In this document: in pieces, positions 11,739 through 24,868 of the stretch
How positions within the stretch are numbered: the first letter of the stretch is position 1
How the letters are laid out: the number at the start of each line of letters is the position of its first letter
Notes under the pieces: generated by a model
Told to the model about the DNA's origin: nothing
Databases searched by the model: none
The model's input: the letters and a program-made list of their open reading frames with translations, nothing else
Made by a program: the position numbers and the translations under genes
Assembly (NCBI GenBank): GCA_963514005.1
Contig: OY740814.1
Coordinates: 17,794,001 to 17,858,000, forward strand
Direction of reading: 5' to 3'
DNA length: 64,000 nt
Source of the DNA: Raja brachyura
Taxonomy: Eukaryota

Positions 11739-12030
11739 ATGGCACACAGCGGTAGATTTGCTAGAGACCCGGCTTCAATCCTGACCTCGGGTGCTGTCTG
11801 TGTGGAGTTTATACGTTCTCCCTGTGACTACATGGGTTTCCTCTGGGTACTCCACTATCTCCCACGTCCCAAAGACTTATGGATACGTAGGGTTAACTGG
11901 CCTCTGAAAATTACCCCTAGTGTGTAGGGAGCGGATGTGAAAGTGGGTTAACATAGAAGTATTGTGAACAGGTGATCAAAGTTTGCCATGGACTCGGTGA
12001 ACCAAAGGGCCTGTTTCCATACTGAAACTG
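11739..12030 (+). mobile_element. HE1/V-SINE
   Basis: SINE head, V-domain and aagggcctgtttcc tail. Confidence 0.8.
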
Positions 12031-12807
12031 AAAGGTGGAATCTTTGCTGGAGCAGCATTGGGAGACGGGCAGGGACTTCATGCCTGGTGCCTTCTGGAGA
12101 GGGAATTGAACACAGCCTTCTGATTCAGAGCTGAAAGTGCACTGTAGTGAGGTCCAGCCAAGCATCAGTTCAAGATGACCTTACTCTGCACAGACCAGGG
12201 ATCGATCGTCTGACTGACTGGGTCTGAATGTAATGTAACTGGTCTGAGCCTTTGAGATGTGCTCAGCATATGTATTTGTTTGTAGCCCTGTTACCAAGGA
12301 GCAAAATACTGGTTGTCTCATATGTGAATGAAACTTGTTGTGACACAGTAACTTGCATGTAGCCCACGTAAACATTCCAATTGAACCTTGGCTGCGTTCC
12401 TGGATTTGGCAATCAGATTAAATATTGTGCGGTTACAGCAGGAATAATATTTCATCTAAGCTTCAGCGCTCCTCACTTGAATGTCATTCCCCTCTCTCTC
12501 TCGCTGGGACCTCTATTTCTTCCTCTCCCTGATCAATTTTCTTCAGAGCATTTCCAATAATGCTTTACTACCTCGCCCAAAGACGTGTGCGGCATTTATT
12601 TCACGGGGACTTCTGATATCCACGGCTCTGTAGATGGGGCATGTATGAACCTGCCCGATGATTGGGAAATCCTCAATTGTCTCCCGGGCAGGAGTGATGT
12701 CTACAGAAAATATCTCCACCTGCAAACCCAACAAACAACATGACCTTGCAAAGTCATGCCCACTTCCTAACTCTCTTATCAACTTGCGTTTAAAAAAAAA
12801 GGGGGGT

Positions 12808-12980
12808 TGGAGTATCTCAGCTGGTCAAGCAGCACCTCTGGGGTGTCTGGAGGTTACGTTTGAAGAAATGTCCCAACCCGAAATGTCACCTGTTCATTTC
12901 CTCCACAAATGCTGCCTGACCCGCAGAGTTGATCCAGCACTTTGTGCTTTATCCAAGGTTCAGCATCTGCAGTTCCTTGT
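12808..12980. mobile_element. Penelope-like terminal remnant, inverted arrangement, degenerate hammerhead
   Basis: ttgaagaaatgtcccaacccgaaatgtcacc...tgctgcctgacccgcagagtt preceded by an inverted arm. Confidence 0.55.
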
Positions 12981-13304
12981 GTCGTTTGTTCAACTTGTGC
13001 TGTTATCAAAACTCTGAAGCTTGCGTGGAAATGCCAATATGGCCTTGCACCCACCTCATTCAAACTGGTCACTCAGGATTTTCCCCCAATTAAGCCATGG
13101 TTTTAATCTTTGGTGGGCATTTGTTACCCAACTCTATGTTCATGTGTCCTGGAACCCACCCAGCCAAGATGGCTGCCACTTGTACAGTCAAAGCTGTTTT
13201 CTGCGACTGTGAGCTTCCTCCAAGGCGATCAGCTGTCACCAGCAATGTTGCAGCCACTGAGCAAGCATTGCATAAATCATGAGCACAATCAAAGGCAACC
13301 TTGA

Positions 13305-13596
13305 GCTTTAGACTTTAGAGATAGAGCGTGGAAACAGGCCCTTCGGCCCACCCAGTCCGCACTGACCTGCGATCACGCTGTACACGGGTACTATCCTACA
13401 CACTAGGTACAATGTTACCGAAGGCAATTAATCTACAAACCTGTACGCCTTTGGAGTGTGGGAGGAACCTGGAGCACCTGGAGAAAACTCATGCGGTCAC
13501 AGGAAGGACGCACAAACTCCATACAGACAGCACCCGTAGTCAGGATGGAATTTGGGTCTTTGGCGCTGTAAGGCAGTAACTCTACCACTGTGCCAG
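13305..13596 (-). mobile_element. HE1/V-SINE
   Basis: Reverse complement of the 5878 element. Confidence 0.8.
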
Positions 13597-13701
13597 CTCT
13601 GTTACATTGCTCGGGGGAGGTTTACTGACCCTACATCGATGTGCTTAACTGGGTGCAGACACTGCCTTAAGTGAAAATAAGTTATTTCCCCCAAAGTTTA
13701 A

Positions 13702-14121
<420 letters not shown>

Positions 14122-14494
14122 TAGAGCAGCACGCAGAGATGCACAAGATGGGTGGGATGGGAAGTCACGTGGCCACATTCCCTTCAAGTCCAAATCTTCC
14201 GTCCCATTGATATTATTTAAGTCCGTTTTCTCATTTATTCTAAATGGGGGTTCTAATTTTAATTGCCTTCCAATATATCATTTTCACCTGCAATTTTTAA
14301 ATACCTTTAAGTGGAAAAGGTATTTTCAAAATAAAACTCTTAATGCATCAAAGTTTTGATACGAGACAGATCTCCACTCCTATCTGGGCCAACAGTGGAG
14401 GCCCGTCACTATCCAAGTCTGTGTCCTAACCTCACCAAGGAGGTAATCTCTTCAAACCTGCTGAGTGTTGGCAGGAACCACGGAAACCGTAGAC

Positions 14495-15000
14495 TCATTG
14501 AAAGCAAAACTGACCCTTCAGCCCCACTTGCCCCTGCTGCCCGAGATGTCCCATCTACACTAGTCCCACCTCTCTGCATTTGGCTCCTATCCTCTGAACC
14601 TGCCCTATCCATGTCCTTGTCCAAAAATAGTTATAGTTCTTGCCTCAACTCCCCTCTCTGGCAGCTCGTTCCATATACCCAACCCCCTCTGCATGAATGA
14701 ATTGCCCCTTCCAATGAAATCTTTCCCTCCTCATCTTCAGCCTATGTCCTTGGGTTTTTGATACCTCTACTCTGGGTAAAAGACTCTGTGCATTCACCCT
14801 CTGTTCCCCTCATGATCTTGTACACCTCTATAAGATCAATCCTCAGCCTCCTGCAGCCCAAGGAATAAAGTCCTAGCTTACCTAAGCTCTCCCTGTAGCT
14901 CAGGACCACAAGTCTTGGCAACGTGCTCGTAAATCTCTGCACTCTTTCCAACTTTATGGCATCCTTCCTAAAGCAGGGTGACCAAAACTGAACGCAATAC
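14495..15000 (-). mobile_element. HER1/CR1 LINE 3' fragment
   Basis: ORF (-) YCVQFWSPCFRKDAIKLERVQR...LGLYSL..RRLRIDLIEVYKIMRG, the CR1 RT C-terminus. Confidence 0.85.
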
Positions 15001-15694
15001 TGGGGCCCCACCTGGAGTGGATCCAGTACACTGCTGGGGACAGGGCTAGGGATTGGAACATGGAGGTGCACATCTGGAGTTATATCTCCTGCTCCCTTTA
15101 AACGCAACAGGTTCACTAGAACAATCATTATAGCAATGCGAAACATGTTTAAAAACTAAATGATAATCTGCAACATACAAATTCCTGGAGAAACCCGGCA
15201 CCTGTTCAGGGAAAAGGATAGATCATGTTTAGGGTCAGGATCTTCCTCCTTCAGTGTTTGGAGTATAGATAGAGTAGCTTCCATTTCTCCAGAAAATCTG
15301 CTGGCCCAAAACGACCAAAGTCCCAGTTACCAGTATTACCGTACACTCTGTGAAGGTCCGCCCCACTAGTAACCTCTCTCTGATTAAATATTGTCGGTTT
15401 TACTGGTGGAAATCCGGTTCAGAATTTCTCTGAGTGAAAACATCTCTCTGATCACCCTGCCAAATCCTTTTGCAATTTAAATAATGTCCATTTGGTCATC
15501 CTATCCATCTTCTTTTCGCTTAGAGATAAATCCAAGCTCATTAAACGCTTTATGACCACGAATGAACTTTGCATTTTACAGTTGGAAAAAAAATGAACGC
15601 AACAGAAATTAAAAAAATTAAGTAGATGGAAATTGATGAGATAAATAGAGAAATATTCTTCAGACAACAACCAGAGAGCATAACTGAATATTAA

Positions 15695-16003
15695 ACAGGA
15701 CACCTTTCTGTCCTGGGCCTCCTCCATGGCCAGAGTGAGACCCACCGTAATATTTCGCTTGGGTAGTTTACACCCCAGCGGTACCAACATTGACCTCCAA
15801 TTTCAGGTCGTCCTTGCTTTCTCCCTCCTTCCCAGCTCTTCCACAGCCCACTGTCTCCACCTCTTCCTTTCTTCTTCCCACACCCCCCACCTCCCAGCCC
15901 CACATCAGTCTGAAGAAGGGTCTCGACCCGAAACATCACCTATTCCTTCGCTCCATAGATGCTGCCTCACCCGCTGAGTCTCTAAAGCATTTTTGTCCAC
16001 CTT
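15695..16003 (+). mobile_element. Penelope-like element 3' region (GIY-YIG C-terminal remnant plus terminal repeat)
   Basis: Encodes IFRLGSLHPSGTNID, typical of the PLE endonuclease end, then a pyrimidine tract and a hammerhead-bearing terminal repeat. Confidence 0.75.
15905..15942 (+). ncRNA. Minimal type I hammerhead ribozyme motif (PLE-associated), helix III altered
   Basis: CUGAAGA-A-GGGUCUCGACCC-GAAA-CAUC; the ACGU helix III palindrome is changed to ACAU. Confidence 0.55.
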
Positions 16004-16039
16004 CTATTAAAAAGTGTGTGATGACTTGGGCAACAAATA

Positions 16040-16198
16040 TATTCTGAACTCTGTAATAGCCCCCTTGCTTTATCTATTGTATTTGAGTTTCACTTGAATG
16101 TATTTATGTATAGTATTTCTGATCTGTTTGAAGAGCTTGCAAAACAAAGCTTTCCGCTGTACCTCGGTACATGTGACAAAAATAAACCTAATCCTAAA
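16040..16198 (+). mobile_element. Rex-like LINE 3' UTR fragment
   Basis: ctgtacctcggtacatgtgacaaaaataaacctaatcctaaa tail. Confidence 0.55.
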
Positions 16199-16514
16199 TG
16201 ATGCATGGACATGCTGTTGTGCTAGCCAATACCAAAGACCTTAGAGGGCTGAGTGATTCAAAATAGCATTGCATCAGCTGTTGGTCTAAAGAGGTCCGTG
16301 CAATCTATTGAGGGTTCTTTGTGAATTGGTCTCTATTATTAGCACAGCAACTTGCTGAGACATAGATCATTCAGTGAAGACAAACTTTATTTGCGATAAT
16401 CATTCAAGAGTACAAATGCTAATACAAGATACAATCCCAAGTTTGCAGCTACCCACCAGCCTTAAGCAACACTCTCCCTCATATTAACCATATGCAACAT
16501 AACCAGGATCCAAG

Positions 16515-16770
16515 TGAAGGGGAAAAGATTTAATAGTAACGTTTTCACACAAAGGGTGGCAGGTGTATGGAACAAGCTGCCAGAGGAAGTAGTTGAGGCA
16601 GGGACCATCCCAACATTTAAGAAAAACTTGGACAGGTACATGGATAGGACAGGTTTGGAGGGATATGGATCAAACGTGGGCAGGTGGGACTAGTGTAGCT
16701 GGGACATGTTGCCCAGTGTGGGCAAGTTGGAGTGAAGGGCCTGTTTCCACAATGTATCACTCTATGATGC
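16515..16770 (+). mobile_element. HER1/CR1 LINE 3' fragment
   Basis: tggaacaagctgccagaggaagtagttgagg (WNKLPEEVVE) plus CR1 tail. Confidence 0.8.
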
Positions 16771-17404
16771 TAAGAACTGAAGGTCTGTTTTCCACATGAG
16801 CCTGCATGGATTTAGCAGTGATGCATAGTCACTGTCCTTGAGAGCTGCTCAGGCATTGGATTCAATCCTGTAGAAGGAGTAGGAAGAAACTGTCATCTAA
16901 TTTTTTTCAATGATAATCCTTAAGAACATCCTTAATGCACCAGGTTTGGTTCACACACCAAAATTCCTCCACCCTGGCCACTGTTACCGGAAAGGTCTTG
17001 GCCATTTGGGTGATACCCTTACCAAATGGTTGCTTGCATTAGACCTGTGAACAGTTGATGAGAATTGATGGGGCATCTTTGCTGAAACTCATCCCTGCCA
17101 TGTTGACATTGTCTCTGAGAATGATCAGTGGTATAAGATGCACATATTTCCTCCTCCCAATTGCTGTGTCCACTCGTAAATACTTCCTGAAATCGCTTCA
17201 TGCTGCTGATCTGAGATTCACGCTTATTCTGGCCCTGCTCGAATGCGTGCAGTTTATGGAGGTCTTTGTCCCAGCACCCGGAGCTTGTGTTTGAGGTGAA
17301 GAAGCCCTTGCCGCTCGAGTCGGGTGTGACAGGGCCAAGTCGCCTTTTCCCCCTTGCTACTGCTCAGACTGAGCAACTGAGCAGGAAATAAATGAATGGG
17401 GATG

Positions 17405-17600
17405 ATACTGGAAATGCTCTGCGGGGCAGGCAGCATCTATGGGGGAGAGAAGCGACTGGTGTTTCAGATCAATGGCCCTTCATCAGAACTGGGAAAAGTG
17501 AGAAAAGAACCAAGTTCTACATGCAACCTTTTCCTGAGGGTCAGAGGGTTGAACCATTCACTCAATTCTCCCTCCACAGACGCAGACTGACCTGCTGAGT
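17405..17600. mobile_element. Older Penelope-like terminal remnant with a hammerhead-like core on the - strand
   Basis: - strand ctgatgaagggccattgatctgaaac at about 17461-17486. Confidence 0.45.
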
Positions 17601-18390
17601 GTAGGTAGCTACCTCCACCCCCTCCCCCAGCATTACCAATTCCCCCCATGCATAATTCACAAATCATGACCCACAATTTTAAGATAATGGAATAAAATTC
17701 TCTCTCGTGCAACTTGCTTGTTAAAACACAAGTAAAGATATAAATACAAAATGTATTTATTTTCCTGATGCATGCACTGATGATGCAGATTCACGTTATG
17801 GAAAATTGCAATACGAACTGTTTTCCAGCGATGGAACCTCCTGTGATGTGGAGTTTGCCTGTATTTAATGCTGACCCAGCTTTCTTGTCTTTCAAGAGAT
17901 ATTGAATTTGGGTGGGGGTTCCCTTTGTTCCTCCCAAATCTCCCGTGCGGTAATTTGTGACACAGTGCATAGGGGGATCTGTCCACAGCAGAGTCGCACA
18001 GCAGTGAAATGAGTGACTGGTCATTTGTGTAGTTGGTGTGGACGGCAGGCAAGCTCCCTGCTGGCTGTTAAGTAGTGACGTGGAACCTTAATCAGCCCTC
18101 TGAACAGAGTGTCAAAGGCCCTGGTTTAATTCTGCTGCCAGTAGGCAATATTTTTTATCAATGCAGCCCTAGTTTAGTCAACGTTATTGAAATTCCAGCA
18201 AGGAGCCCAAAACCAAAATGTTGTGACTCGGGTGAGAATGCCACCCGCTTGCCAAAGTGGCATCCAGTGGGTATTGGAAGATTCAGGTAGGAAAAAGAAG
18301 CTTTAAATAGAGAGCTGTTCCATTGGCCTTAAATGAAAATAATCTCAAGTCCTTTCTCTTCGTTGTGTGTGTGTGTGTTTTATTTTACAG

Positions 18391-18525
18391 TTTTACCTCC
18401 TGTTCTCGTGCCAAGACACACAGATATGCCTGCTGAATTACCACCCCTGGAAGACTACACACATTCCATCCCAGAGAACACAAACTTCCCGGCGGGCATC
18501 GAACCACAGTGCAACTACACACCAG
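18391..18525 (+). CDS. SMAD3: SMAD3 coding exon 3 (linker, 135 nt)
   Basis: cag|TT...CCAG|gtacc; [45 protein letters not shown]. Confidence 0.95.
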
Positions 18526-18979
18526 GTACCAAACTACATTCCGGGACATCACATTTTCTGCTATTTGCAGTGCCGGAGATGAAAATCATTTCACTGGAAA
18601 AAGGAAGAAAAAAAAAACCTGTGAAATGTATATAAATAGAGTAGAGCAACTGACGTTACATTCCAAAAGAGTTTGAAAGAAGCTTACTGTGCTGGTTATC
18701 AGATTTTAGCACACGAGAGCTGCTGTGTACTCACGCAATATGCCTGATGTAAGACTGCAATTTGTAAAGCGCTTTATCAAGTTTCCATCTCTTGGTTTCA
18801 AAAGTCGGTGAATGATCACAGTTGTGGGGAAATTTGACTTTTTGTCACTCGAGTCTGTGGCAGCAGAAATGCATCACCTTCGACCAATGTTTCCTCTCTA
18901 ATACTTCATTGGTGTGGATCAAAGTGCAAATTATAGTTGTACCCACATGTATCATGTAATGTTAAATGTTGTTAAGCTG

Positions 18980-19452
18980 GAAAGCTAGTGCAGAGAAGAT
19001 TTTCAAGGATGTTGCCAGGACTCCAGTGCCTGGGCTAAACAGAGAGGTTGAATAGTCTAGGACTTTATTCCTTGGAGTGCAGGAGAATGAGGGGTGATCC
19101 TATAGTGGTGTGTAAGATCGTAAGAGGGACAGGTATGGTAAATATAAAGTCTTTTACCCAGAGCAGAGAATCAAGAACCAGATGACATAGCTAGAATGAG
19201 AGGGGTAAAGATTTAATAGGAGCCTGAGGGGCAACCTTTTACACAAAGGGTGGTACATATATGGAACCAGCTGCCAGAGGAGGTCGTTGAGATAGGTACT
19301 ATCATGTTTAAAAAACATTTGGACAGGTACAAGGATAGGATAGGCTTAGAGGGTTATGGCCCAACACAGGCAGGTGCGACTAGTGTAGATGGGGCATGTT
19401 GGTGGGCATGGGCAGGTTGGGCCAAAGGGCCTGTTTCCGTGCTGTATGACTA
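18980..19452 (+). mobile_element. HER1/CR1 LINE 3' fragment
   Basis: WNQLPEEVVEIGTIMFKKHLDRY plus tail. Confidence 0.8.
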
Positions 19453-19769
19453 TCTGTCAGGTAGGGCACAGTTGAAAACCAGATACTGGCGTAATATTGC
19501 AGATTTTGGAACAATTAACCCAGGGATGTGAATTTGAATTTCACTGCAGAAATTAAATTAAGAAAATGTAGCATTATAGAAGCTGGATGCACTCATTGTA
19601 ACCATAGAAATACAGTTCTAAAAACACCTGCTTGTGTAAATCTTTTCATTAAAAATTAAGGTGCCATGCTTAACTATCCCTGAGTGTTTGATTCCAATCC
19701 TGGGGTATGTGATTCTTAACATAAATGACCCAGAAAAAGCAATCAAGTTTCGAATGGATAAGATAGAAA

Positions 19770-19925
19770 CCAGGAACTGCATTTGTTGATTTACAAAATA
19801 AGTTGGAGTAATTCAGTGGGTCATGCAGCGTCCCTGGAAGAACTGTCCTGACCCGAAGCATCACCTATCCACGACCTCCAGGGATGCTGCCTGACCTGCT
19901 GAGTTTCTCCGGTACTTTGTGTGCT
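19770..19925. mobile_element. Penelope-like terminal remnant, inverted arrangement
   Basis: ggagtaattcagtgggtcatgcagcgtccctgga...tccagggatgctgcctgacctgctgagtttctcc. Confidence 0.6.
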
Positions 19926-19944
19926 TTTTAGGATGGATAACAGA

Positions 19945-20175
19945 TAATCGTAGAGTTATACAGCAAGGATAAAGGTCCACAGGCCCAACTCATCCAAGAT
20001 GTCCTTTCTAAGCTAGTCCCATTTACCTGTGTTTGGCCCATATCCCGCTAAACCTTTCCTATCCATGAACTTGTCCAGTGTTTTTTAAATACTGTTCTAG
20101 TTACTGCTTCATGTCCTCTAGAGGCTCATTCCATTTTCACACCACATTCTGAGTAGAAATGGTTGCCCTCCAGGT
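19945..20175 (-). mobile_element. CR1 LINE 3' fragment
   Basis: Reverse complement of the CR1 tail (gctagtcccatttacctgtgtttggcccatatccc). Confidence 0.65.
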
Positions 20176-20199
20176 TTGTATCTTGTTGGTCAATCAGTG

Positions 20200-21325
20200 T
20201 GGAGTGAGTGGTTGTGGGTAGTGGTGGCTATCAAGGGAGCTGCTCTGTCACTGTGCTGAGGTCCTTGAGTGTCATTGAAGCAACACCCTTCGAGACAAGT
20301 GGAGAGTGTTCCATCACCTTGAGCCTTGTAGGTGGTGGACAGACTTTGGGGACATAGGAAGTGAGTTACTCCATAGGTTTCCTGCTCTTATAGCCACATT
20401 GTGTATATTGGTACTCTAGTTCAGTTTATCATTAATGGTAATCCTCAGGATATTGATGGTGCGGATTTATTGATGGTAATGTCATTTTTTGTCAGGGGGG
20501 GGGATAGCTGGATTTTCTCTTGTTGGAGAGTCATTGCCTGCACTTGTGTATGGTGACTGTTACTTGCTATCTATCGGCCGAGGCATGGATGTTGTCCAGG
20601 TCTTGCTACATTTAGTTGAGAACATGCTTCATTATCTGAGGAGTCATGAATGGTGCTGAACATCATCAAGGACCCACACCATCCTGGCCACACACTCATC
20701 TCCCCGCTACCTTCAGGTAGAAGATACAGGAGCCTAAAGACTGCAACGTCCAGGTTCAGAAATAGCTACTTCCCCACAGCCATCAGGCTATTAAACTCAA
20801 ATGAAACAAAACTCTGAACATTAATAAACCATTATCTGTTTATTTACACCATATCAGTTAATTTATTCATGTGTGTATATATTTATATAATGGTATATGG
20901 ACACACTGATCTGTTCTGTATTCATGCCTACTATATTCTGTTGTGCTGAAGGAAAGTAAGAATTTCATTGTCCTATCTGGGACACATGACAATAAACTCA
21001 CTTGAATCTTGAACATTGTGCAATTGACAGCGAATATCCCTACTTGTGATCTTGCGATTGAAGGCAGTCACTGATAAAGTAGCTGAAGAAGGTTGGGTTT
21101 AGATCACTACATACTACCTCTTCCTGCAAAGATGACCTGTGGCTGATGATTGGCCTTCAACCACCACAACCTTGCTTTGTGCTGGGTATGATTGCAATCA
21201 GTGGAGGGATTTCCTCCTGTGGCCAATGATTTCAGTTTAGCCAGGGTTCCTTGATGCCCATACTCGGTAAATTGCAGCCTTGATGTCAAGCACCCCCACT
21301 TCATCTCTGGAATTCAGTTCTTTGT
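20200..21325 (-). mobile_element. Old non-LTR retrotransposon RT remnant (CR1/L2-like), interrupted by Rex1
   Basis: Degenerate RT-like sequence on the - strand, contiguous across the 20664-21009 insertion. Confidence 0.5.
20664..21009 (+). mobile_element. Rex1/Babar-like LINE 3' fragment, 7-bp TSD
   Basis: Matches 7925-8265; TSD tgaacat at 20657-20663 and 21010-21016. Confidence 0.8.
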
Positions 21326-21339
21326 CTCAAAACATGTTT

Positions 21340-21630
21340 AGTGACGCAGCTGGTAGAGCTGCCATCTCAGCACCTGAGACCCAGGTTCAATCCCGATTCT
21401 CGGGTGCTGTCAGCGCAGAGTTTGCACGTCCTCCCTGTGACTGCCCAGGTATAGTCCGGGGGCTCCAGTTTCCCCCCACATCCCAAAGACGTGCAGTAGT
21501 GTACGTCAAATGGCCTCTGTAAAATGCTCCCAGTGTATTAGGAGTGGATGAGAAGGTGGGATAACAAAGAACTAGTGTGAAGGGGTGGGCCTCAGAGCCC
21601 AGAGCCCACGCTGTATCTCTATACTAAACC
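21340..21630 (+). mobile_element. HE1/V-SINE (diverged)
   Basis: ggtagagctgcc...ggttcaatcc...gagtttgcacgtcctccctgtgac. Confidence 0.7.
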
Positions 21631-21804
21631 AAAGTAATGTTGGCACAGAACCAATTGTTGAAAGCAATTGGTAATAATAACAAGACTTTCAGGGGGGCAT
21701 GGTCCAACTTTAGAAAACAAGATCAAACGGAACAAGATCTCTACCTGTTTTACCCTTCACTCTGGAGCCTGTAAATGAAACCTCCAAACTGATGCAACAT
21801 CTAA

Positions 21805-22011
<207 letters not shown>

Positions 22012-22331
22012 TAAGGATGAACGGCTTCCAAGCAGTGCTATTGCAGGCATGATCCACAAATTCCTGCTGAATTGGAGAAGCGGAGAATGTTAGTGTGACG
22101 AGGGACACTGATGTCCCTTGCACAGACACAGCTGAAGGGTCACTATTTTCCATCGTGCTGTCATGACGTGTGATGATCCAAACGCCTGTGGCAATTTTGA
22201 CATCTCAATTTTTTCCCCTTCGCCTTTGGAATAAAATGGACTTGGTCCTGGGGTAACATCACATGACCCGTGCCTTCAACCATTCTTATTTGCAGTCTCA
22301 CCATTGCTTGACATATCCAACCAATCAATGG

Positions 22332-22469
22332 ACGAATCACTTCAATTAAATTATCAGCCTGCGTTTCCTATTCCTCATAATTACACAAATGACTATGAAA
22401 ATCTCTTTATTATTTGTGTAATTATGAGAAACAGGAAACACGGCTGATAATTTAATTGAAGTATTCCGT
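22332..22469. repeat. Long imperfect inverted repeat / hairpin
   Basis: acttcaattaaattatcagcc..tttcct..ctcataattacacaaat mirrored by atttgtgtaattatgag..aggaaa..ggctgataatttaattgaagt. Confidence 0.85.
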
Positions 22470-22748
22470 TGAACCTCTCTTGATTTATTTCCCTGGATTT
22501 TGTCACCAGCAGTGTCATGGAAATTAGTTTTTAATTTTTGTATTCTCCAGGGAAATTATGGAGATTCTTGGACTCGCACTATTTGGTTATGTCGGATTAT
22601 TGCCATTTTAGAATTAACAGTAGAGATATGTAAAATGTTAATCATGAAGTACAGACACCACTGCAGATACACCTTTCTTCTGTTGATATGAAATGTGTTG
22701 TGAATTGGTTCTGGACCTTTACATTGTTGCTTTTCTGACTCTGTTTAG

Positions 22749-22802
22749 GGTCCGCAGCTGACCTGTCACCAAACCCCTTATCACCAACACACAGTAACTT
22801 GG
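22749..22802 (+). CDS. SMAD3: SMAD3 coding exon 5 (54 nt; linker SP sites)
   Basis: tttag|GG...TTGG|gtgagt; GSAADLSPNPLSPTHSNL. Confidence 0.9.
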
Positions 22803-24594
22803 GTGAGTCCACAGAACCACAAATCCAATGATCGCAGATTGGCATTTACCTTGTTCGATGTTTAGAGTTTATAGGCACAGTGCATTATGGAATCTCCCTT
22901 AGCTTGTGGGAAATAAGATGGCTCTGTTACGTAATTAATTTAGAGCTGAGATGGATAGATTTCTAGACTGAGGGAACCAGGGGATATGGACGAGGTGCAC
23001 GACCAACTATGATCTTATTGAGGGGGGAAATAGTGGCCTTTCAGCTTTTGTTGTCTAGTTTCATATTCTGAGCAACTATGGCAGGTACAGGCCACATTTA
23101 ATGCAGTAGTTACTTCAGGACAAGGGATGAAGATAAATGGAATTACCCCAACCTGAAGTAATCTATCCCGCAGTGCAAATGTACCCAAATAGGAAAATGC
23201 CTTTCCTGAACTACCAGGTTATTTTTGGGTTACACTGAGAATCAGGAAATTCAAATTGGAAAATAAATCTGTTTGTCTCTCTTTCATCCACCCTTTCGTC
23301 TCATTTTCTCTTTTTTCTCTCTTTCCTGGTGCCTTTTTTACACTATAAATCATTGCTTTCCTTGTAAGTAGCTTGTTTACCAGAGGCTGGAGACGGATGA
23401 AAGGTGCGAGCTGGCACCGGTTGACGTTTCACTGAGCAGGTCGGGGAGTAGCCCTTGTAATATCGAGAGCTGCCGTTTTTCAAGTGATCTGATTTGAGTG
23501 AGCACCGCTGGTGATGGAAGTTCACCCCCAGGTCACAAAGTTTACATTGGCAGTCGGCCCACGGTTTAGCTTTGTTTGCCTGACTCAGTGCTACTGGAGC
23601 ACACTGTCCCACAGTGAACAAGAGACTGTTGTTTAACATTCCAGCAACATTGGCTGGTCGGGCAGACGTGGGCAGCTCTGCACAGCGACAACAGCTGCTG
23701 GGCAGGGCTCGTGAACTGTGGCTGTGGCTTCCAGGAGATGCATACTCTCGGTCTACTTAAATGGACACTTTAGTTAAAGGTGCACATTCGTCAGAGCAAC
23801 TAAACTAAAACATCCCATTGGTGGCCTTCAAAAATTGAGATTTGAAGGGGAAAGAAAAGGCAGAGAAGTGGTTTGGGAGCAGAATTTCAGAACTTAGAAA
23901 GACAACTGAAGGTGCGGCCACAGAGGCGAGTAGGAGATCAGATTTGGAGCATTGCAGGGATCTGGGAATTATAAGACCACGGGGAAATTCAGGGATGGGG
24001 AAGGGACAGGAGCGGTGAAAACAGAAAAGGGAGACGATATGTCTTATCAGTCATCATCGAGCTAGTTTGGATTTTGATTTATGTTGGGTTTGGGCAGTAG
24101 ATTTTTGTTTAACCACCCACCTAATGATGCCGGGATCACATTCCAGAAGGTGTCACTGGATGGTGGTGGGCTGCAGGAGCCACTAGTTAATGGTGTTCTT
24201 AAATCTATAATCCAGGGATAGAATCTGAGAACTGATCTGCTAAAAATCAACAAGGTTCATTTTGTTTTCTGGAATATAAAAACATCCAGAACAAACTGAA
24301 ATTATCTTTTACAGTAGGATTTAAGCAGGAGCTTTGTTATCTCTCAGTGTGTGTGATTTCAAACAGTGGTCCTGATTGGATAGGAGAGTCGTATGCTCAC
24401 TCGCATCATAGCGATGCCACAGACTGTCTGAGCTATTCAGACCCAACATCGAACTAACTTTAAGTGTGTTGTCATGCAATTTGTAAATAAATCTTATCTC
24501 TTTGGATGTATACATGCTATGACTCAAAGCGTCTGTAAAGACTTTACAGCTGTGAATTCTGAGGCTGAAGCAATAGCCTTGACAATTTATATAG

Positions 24595-24868
24595 TTTAGT
24601 TTAGAGATACAGCGCGGAAACAGGCCCTTCGGCCCACCGAGTCCGCGCCGACCAGCGCTTCCCGCACATTAACACTATCCTACACACACTAGTGACAATT
24701 TACACTTGCACTAAGCCAATTAACCTGATTCAATTTACAATTTTACCAAAGCCAATTAACCAATAAAACTGTACATCTTTACAGTGCAAAACAGACATCA
24801 CCTGCAGTCTGGATCGAACCCAGGCCTCTGGCACTGTGAGGCAGCAACTGTACCTCTGCGCCACTGTG
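24595..24868 (-). mobile_element. HE1/V-SINE with internal deletion
   Basis: gtttagtttagagatacagcgcggaaacaggcccttcggcccaccgag...tctgcgccactgtg. Confidence 0.8.
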
